NCBI GenBank assembly: GCA_002840905.1
Contig: PHDD01000006.1
Location: 8,910-72,909 of the forward strand
Source: Bacteroidetes bacterium HGW-Bacteroidetes-4
GTDB lineage: Bacteria > Bacteroidota > Bacteroidia > Bacteroidales > SZUA-534
Length of the DNA stretch: 64,000 nucleotides
Direction of reading: 5' to 3'
Position 1 is the stretch's first letter. Every line of letters begins with the position of its first letter. The notes under the pieces are model-generated. The model was not told the DNA's origin. It ran no database searches and was given only the letters and a program-made list of their open reading frames with translations. The translations under genes and the position numbers were made by a program. Positions 59,609 through 64,000 of the stretch are shown here, in pieces.

Positions 59609-61780
59609 TTATTTACTTAATGGCAGGTAAAACCAAAACGAAGAACCTTCGTTGAACGTGCTTTCCACTCTTAATTCCTGTTGATGCTTTGCTAAAAACT
59701 CTTTGCATAAAATCAGTCCCAATCCGGTAGTTCCAGCTGCGTTTTGTTTTTGATGGATTGAATTCGGTTCAAAAAGCCGGCTTAGTTGTTCTGCAGATAT
59801 TCCAATTCCAGTATCCCGAATGGTAATCTTGATTTCGTTTTCAAAACGGGTGGTTTTAATTACCACAGAACCCTCCGGTTTGTTAAATTTGATGGCATTT
59901 GACAGCAGGTTTCGTAATACGGTATTAATCATGTTTTTATCAATTATAACCTGGGGATTGCTCTCTTCTATGTCTTCAATAATTCTTATTTGCTTTTGTT
60001 CAGCCTGTTCTTTTATAAGTAATATATTGCCCCTGATAATATAATTAAGCGACACTTTTTCCTTTTTAGCCAGTAATTCTCCACTTTGATTTCTTGCCCA
60101 CTCAAGTAGATTTTCAAGCAAACTTTGCGCATTGGTCCCCGACTCTTTAATTAATAACAGGTATTTTTGCATTTGTTGCGGGTCTATCTGGGTCTTACTG
60201 TCGGTAATAAGCGACACAAAGCTGATAATGGCGTTAAACGGATATCGTAAATCGTGGCCAATAATAGTAAGGAATTTATTTTTTGTTTCGTTTGCCAACG
60301 ATAATGCTTTTTTTTGAGCCTCCAGAGCAACCAGTTGTTCTGTGATTTGTTGTTGTTGCAAATCAAGTTTTTTGTTTTGCTTTGCCGTTTTGTACGACTT
60401 TCTCCAGATAATTATCAGGAGCAGCAAAAGAACCGTCAAACCCCCGATTAATAAGTTCCTGATTAATTTGAATTGCTTTATTCGCTGTTCTGCTTCAAAA
60501 GCAATCCGGTTGTTTTCAAATTCGCGGGTTAAAAGCTTTTTGTCGAATTCATTTTGCATTTGTATTTGTGCAATTTCTTTTTCACGCCGCTTGGCGTTTA
60601 ATGAGTCTGAGAGTTCAGCGGCTTTAAAAAGCAATTCGGTTGTTTTATAAAAGTTTTCTTCGTTATAATAAATCTGAATTAGAATTTTCAGCGCGTCCAG
60701 TTCAAATTCTTTAAGTCCCAGGGGAGTTGCTATCTTAATGGCTGATAGCAGGTGAAGCTTTGCGGTTTCATAATCGCTTTGGTTGTAGTAATAGTCTGAA
60801 AGTGCAATTTTAGTTTCCACTATACCTGGTTGGTGGTTCAGGTTTTGATATAATTCAAGACTTTTCAGGTAAAAATCGTGTGCAAAGTGTCCTTGTTTTT
60901 TCTGGATGTAAACCTTTCCAAGTTTCAGGTAAGATTCGGCCAACCCTTTCATGTTTCCTTTTGCCTGATAAATTGACAAGCAACGATTTAAAGATTCAAT
61001 GGCTTTTGGAAGCTGATTTTGACGCGCATAAATATCACTCAGGTATAAAAGCGATTCGGCTATTCCGGTATTGTTTTTAACTTCTTCAAACAGAGCCAGA
61101 CTTCGTTCCAGGTTTGCTAAAGCCTGGTCGTAGCTTTTAATCTTTAAATAAATTACACCAATATTACCATACGAATTGGCCATTCCGTATTTGTCTTTAA
61201 GTGATTCTTTTAACCGAAGGCTGTTGTAAAAATGGATGAGTGCTTTATCATATTTTCCCTGTTCAGAAAAAATAAGCCCAATATTGCCATACGAATACGA
61301 AATTCCAATGGTGTCGCCAAGTTTTTGTTTAATACCCAGGCTCAGGTTATGATATTCAAGAGCCAGATCGTATTTTAAAAGGCGTCGGTAAATTAGGCCC
61401 ATGTTATCGTAAAGATTTGACATGGCTTGCTGATTGCTAAAAATTCGTTGAATTTTCAGGCTTTTGTTGTAATACTCAAGTGCCAGCTCGTTTCGTTCTT
61501 TATCGGCATACAAAGCACCCAGATTGTGATAAGCAATGGCTAACCCTTCCTGGTAATTGCAGTTTTGTGCAATTTTTTCTGCTTTAACGGCAAAATCAAT
61601 CGACTCGGTGGGTTCATTGTACCGATAGATTTTTGACAACTGGTTGAGTAAATCAACATAAACAGAATCGTTCTTTATGGTAGGCAATAAGTTTTTAATG
61701 CTATCGCCCGACAATTGAGCTTTAGCCTTAGGGTGCCATAACAGAAGCAAGAGAAGCAGGTATATAATATATCGAAGCAT
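59609..61780 (-). CDS. TPR-domain sensor histidine kinase
   Basis: Signal peptide, about 8 TPR units, a coiled coil, one TM, H-box IIGHDLRYP, N-box RNLLSNAIKF, G-boxes DTGIGI and GTTGLGL. Confidence 0.9.
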   Translation of the reverse strand: MLRYIIYLLLLLLLWHPKAKAQLSGDSIKNLLPTIKNDSVYVDLLNQLSKIYRYNEPTESIDFAVKAEKIAQNCNYQEGLAIAYHNLGALYADKERNELALEYYNKSLKIQRIFSNQQAMSNLYDNMGLIYRRLLKYDLALEYHNLSLGIKQKLGDTIGISYSYGNIGLIFSEQGKYDKALIHFYNSLRLKESLKDKYGMANSYGNIGVIYLKIKSYDQALANLERSLALFEEVKNNTGIAESLLYLSDIYARQNQLPKAIESLNRCLSIYQAKGNMKGLAESYLKLGKVYIQKKQGHFAHDFYLKSLELYQNLNHQPGIVETKIALSDYYYNQSDYETAKLHLLSAIKIATPLGLKEFELDALKILIQIYYNEENFYKTTELLFKAAELSDSLNAKRREKEIAQIQMQNEFDKKLLTREFENNRIAFEAEQRIKQFKLIRNLLIGGLTVLLLLLIIIWRKSYKTAKQNKKLDLQQQQITEQLVALEAQKKALSLANETKNKFLTIIGHDLRYPFNAIISFVSLITDSKTQIDPQQMQKYLLLIKESGTNAQSLLENLLEWARNQSGELLAKKEKVSLNYIIRGNILLIKEQAEQKQIRIIEDIEESNPQVIIDKNMINTVLRNLLSNAIKFNKPEGSVVIKTTRFENEIKITIRDTGIGISAEQLSRLFEPNSIHQKQNAAGTTGLGLILCKEFLAKHQQELRVESTFNEGSSFWFYLPLSK

Positions 61781-61830
61781 CCGAATAAAAAGTTGTTAAA
61801 TATACTAATTATCAGTTGCATTACATCATA

Positions 61831-61850
61831 AAAAAACCGCCCTAAGGCGG
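61831..61850 (-). terminator. Terminator after frr
   Basis: Minus strand: ccgcc ttag ggcgg followed by tttttt. Confidence 0.6.
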
Positions 61851-61853
61851 ATT

Positions 61854-62417
61854 TTATATTTTCATGATGTCTTCTTCCTTTAGTTTGATGCGTTCTTCGA
61901 CTTTTTTGGTGTAGTCGTCGGTCATTTTTTGTACTCGTGCTGCTGCTTCTTTCTCCAGGTCTTCAGCTAAGCCATCTTTAAGCATTTTTTTTAATTGGTC
62001 GTTCGCGTCTTTACGCGCGTTCCGGATACTCACTTTGGTGTTTTCGCCTTCGTGACGGGCTTGTTTAACCAAATCCCGGCGTCGTTCTTCGGTAAGCGGC
62101 GGAACATTAATCAAGATTGCTTCGCCATTGTTGGTTGGGTTAAAACCCAGATTGGCGTACATGATTGCTTTTTCAATGGGATCAATCATGTTTCTTTCCC
62201 AGGGTTGAATTTTAATGGTACGGGCGTCGGGTGTGTTGATATTGGCCACCTGTGTTATAACCGTTTGTGAACCATAATAATCAACCGTAAGACCTTCGAG
62301 CATACGCGGATCGGCTTTTCCTGCCCTGATGTGAATCAGTGTTTCGTCAAGGTGCTCCATTGCTTTGGACATGGATTCTTCGGTAAGATCAATTACCATT
62401 TGAATATCTTCTGTCAT
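61854..62417 (-). CDS. frr: Ribosome recycling factor
   Basis: Typical RRF sequence (IRAGKADPRMLEGLTVDYYG...LTEERRRDLVKQ). Confidence 0.95.
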   Translation of the reverse strand: MTEDIQMVIDLTEESMSKAMEHLDETLIHIRAGKADPRMLEGLTVDYYGSQTVITQVANINTPDARTIKIQPWERNMIDPIEKAIMYANLGFNPTNNGEAILINVPPLTEERRRDLVKQARHEGENTKVSIRNARKDANDQLKKMLKDGLAEDLEKEAAARVQKMTDDYTKKVEERIKLKEEDIMKI

Positions 62418-62453
62418 AAGGATTCCGTTTAAAGTTTCAAGGTAAAAATATAA

Positions 62454-63164
62454 TTAATTACTCACTAAAGTTCCAATGGGTTCACCTGCAACTACTTTTT
62501 CAAGGTTGCCGCTGGTATTCATATCGAACACAATAATGGGCATGTTGTTTTCCTTGCACATAGTAAACGAGGTGAGATCCATAACCTTAAGGTTTTTTTG
62601 ATAGGCTTCGTCAAAGGTTAACGTTTGATACTTTATGGCTTTGGAATCTTTTTCAGGATCGGCGGTATAAACGCCATCAACCCGGGTTCCTTTGAGCATT
62701 ACATCGGCCTGCATTTCAATGGCCCGCAAGGCCGAAGCTGTATCGGTTGTAAAGTAGGGATTTCCGGTACCGGCCGAAAAAATAACTACTTGTCCTTCTT
62801 CAAGTAGCGAACGGGTTTTTCGTTTGCTGTAAAATTCGGCAATAGGTTCCATTTTTATGGCTGTAAGTACAGTTGCTTTGCATTGTATGCTTTCGAGAGC
62901 CGACTGCAGTGCCAGGCAATTTACAACCGTAGCAAGCATTCCCATGTAATCGCCGTTAATCCGGTCAAAACCTTGTGCGGCACCGCTTACACCTCTGAAA
63001 ATATTTCCACCACCAATTACAATTCCAACTTGTGCTCCTTTATCGACAATGGTTTTAATTTGTTGGGCATAGGTTTTCAATTGTGTGGGATCGATACCAT
63101 GTGATTGGCTTCCCATTAGGGCTTCGCCACTTAATTTTAACAAAACCCGTTTGTATTTTAACAT
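62454..63164 (-). CDS. pyrH: UMP kinase
   Basis: YKRVLLKLSGEAL, GGGNIFRG, GTGNPYFTTDTAS. Confidence 0.95.
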   Translation of the reverse strand: MLKYKRVLLKLSGEALMGSQSHGIDPTQLKTYAQQIKTIVDKGAQVGIVIGGGNIFRGVSGAAQGFDRINGDYMGMLATVVNCLALQSALESIQCKATVLTAIKMEPIAEFYSKRKTRSLLEEGQVVIFSAGTGNPYFTTDTASALRAIEMQADVMLKGTRVDGVYTADPEKDSKAIKYQTLTFDEAYQKNLKVMDLTSFTMCKENNMPIIVFDMNTSGNLEKVVAGEPIGTLVSN

Positions 63165-63271
63165 AGTATTGTTTTTAAATTTTAAGTCGAATATAATACA
63201 ATGAATTCATTTTATTGATAAAGGGATTTCTTTTTTTGTTGCTTTTAGTCAATAAAAATTAAATATTTGGC

Positions 63272-63298
63272 AAAAAAAAAGAGCCCTGAAAGGACTCT
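63272..63298 (-). terminator. Terminator after tsf
   Basis: Imperfect hairpin agagccc tgaaa gggctct-like (one mismatch), followed on the minus strand by a 9-nt T-run. Confidence 0.5.
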
Positions 63299-63319
63299 TT
63301 TTTGAATTATTAAGGTTAC

Positions 63320-64000
63320 TTATGATTTTAAAGCATAACGCTCCATAGCAACAACAGTAAGGCCTTTACTGGCTCCTGAAAGTATTTGAGCTATGGTGTT
63401 TTTGTTATCTTTAACCGACGCCTGATTAAGCAGTGTACTCTCTTTAAAGAATTTCTGCAAGCGGCCCTGGGCAATTTTATCAAGCATTTCTTCTGCTTTG
63501 CCCTCTAAGCGTGCTTTTTCCTTAGCAATTTTCAGCTCTTCTTCAATTACTGCTGCAGGCACATCGTTTTCGCTGATTGAAACAGGAGCCATTGCAGCAG
63601 CTTGCATGGCAACATCTCTACCAATTTGGGCATCAAAGCCAGCCTGGTTAAAACCAATTAGCGTAGCTAATTTGTTACCCATGTGGATGTATGATGCCAC
63701 GTATTCTGCTTCAGCTTTTGCGTAAAAGGCTACTTCCATTTTTTCACCAGTAATACCACTTTGAGCAACAACAGCCTCAGCCAGAGTAGTTCCGTCAAAA
63801 TTTAACGCTAAAAGTGCTTCAAGGTTTTCGGGTAAGTTAGCTAAAGCCAAATCGCAGATTTTATGTGCCAGAGCAACAAAATCGTCGTTTTTTGCTACAA
63901 AGTCGGTTTCGCAGTTTAAGGCAATTAGCGCACCTTTTTTACCGTCAGCCGATACTTTTGCAATTACGGCACCTTCGGTGGCTTCTCTGTCGGCACGTTT
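63320..64000 (-). CDS. tsf: Elongation factor Ts (3' part; gene continues beyond the window)
   Basis: The frame stays open to the window edge. LNCETDFVAKNDDF and the C-terminal dimerisation region are present, with rpsB-tsf-pyrH-frr type synteny. Confidence 0.9.
   Translation of the reverse strand, partial: KRADREATEGAVIAKVSADGKKGALIALNCETDFVAKNDDFVALAHKICDLALANLPENLEALLALNFDGTTLAEAVVAQSGITGEKMEVAFYAKAEAEYVASYIHMGNKLATLIGFNQAGFDAQIGRDVAMQAAAMAPVSISENDVPAAVIEEELKIAKEKARLEGKAEEMLDKIAQGRLQKFFKESTLLNQASVKDNKNTIAQILSGASKGLTVVAMERYALKS

Overview
This is a 64 kb, about 42% G+C chromosomal core segment of a Bacteroidota genome. The phylum call rests on TAnnTTTG-type promoter boxes, type IX secretion (T9SS) components and cargo, a PorX-type regulator and a b558-type fumarate reductase. 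I saw no integrase, transposase, CRISPR array, tRNA/rRNA gene or recognisable defence gene, so most of the window is housekeeping.

Gene content from left to right:
- yceD-rpmF-plsX-fabH, then bactofilin, atpZ-like, a membrane protein and atpBEFHAG.
- An epimerase and a polyprenyl synthase, followed by atpDC.
- A GT9 glycosyltransferase, then a U32 Fe-S protein, a ferredoxin, guanine deaminase and Mpg.
- On the minus strand, a Na/Pi symporter and two tandem paralogous lipoproteins.
- queD and polA.
- A 1.16 kb ORF-free, G+C-rich, structured spacer.
- A roughly 7 kb T9SS-cargo adhesin gene that is broken into three ORFs.
- A GH3-like ligase cluster, then envelope genes and a radical SAM gene.
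- DUF4271-hemD-rnpA-S41 peptidase, two glycosyltransferases and an orphan radical SAM gene.
- porW/sprE-porX-cheY-like, frd/sdhCAB, a MORN-variant protein, a TPR histidine kinase and frr-pyrH-tsf.

The most unusual items:
1. The adhesin gene is interrupted at the same point of two duplicated LTD-like modules. Blocks that are 100% identical surround the lesions.
2. The hairpin-dense non-coding region between polA and the adhesin.
3. A U32 protein with an intact CX6CX15CX3C Fe-S motif, tightly linked to a small ferredoxin.
4. A bactofilin gene translationally overlapped into the ATP synthase leader genes.

I found no convincing evidence for a novel multi-gene system such as a defence island. All functional calls come from motif and family recognition by eye, because no database search was possible.
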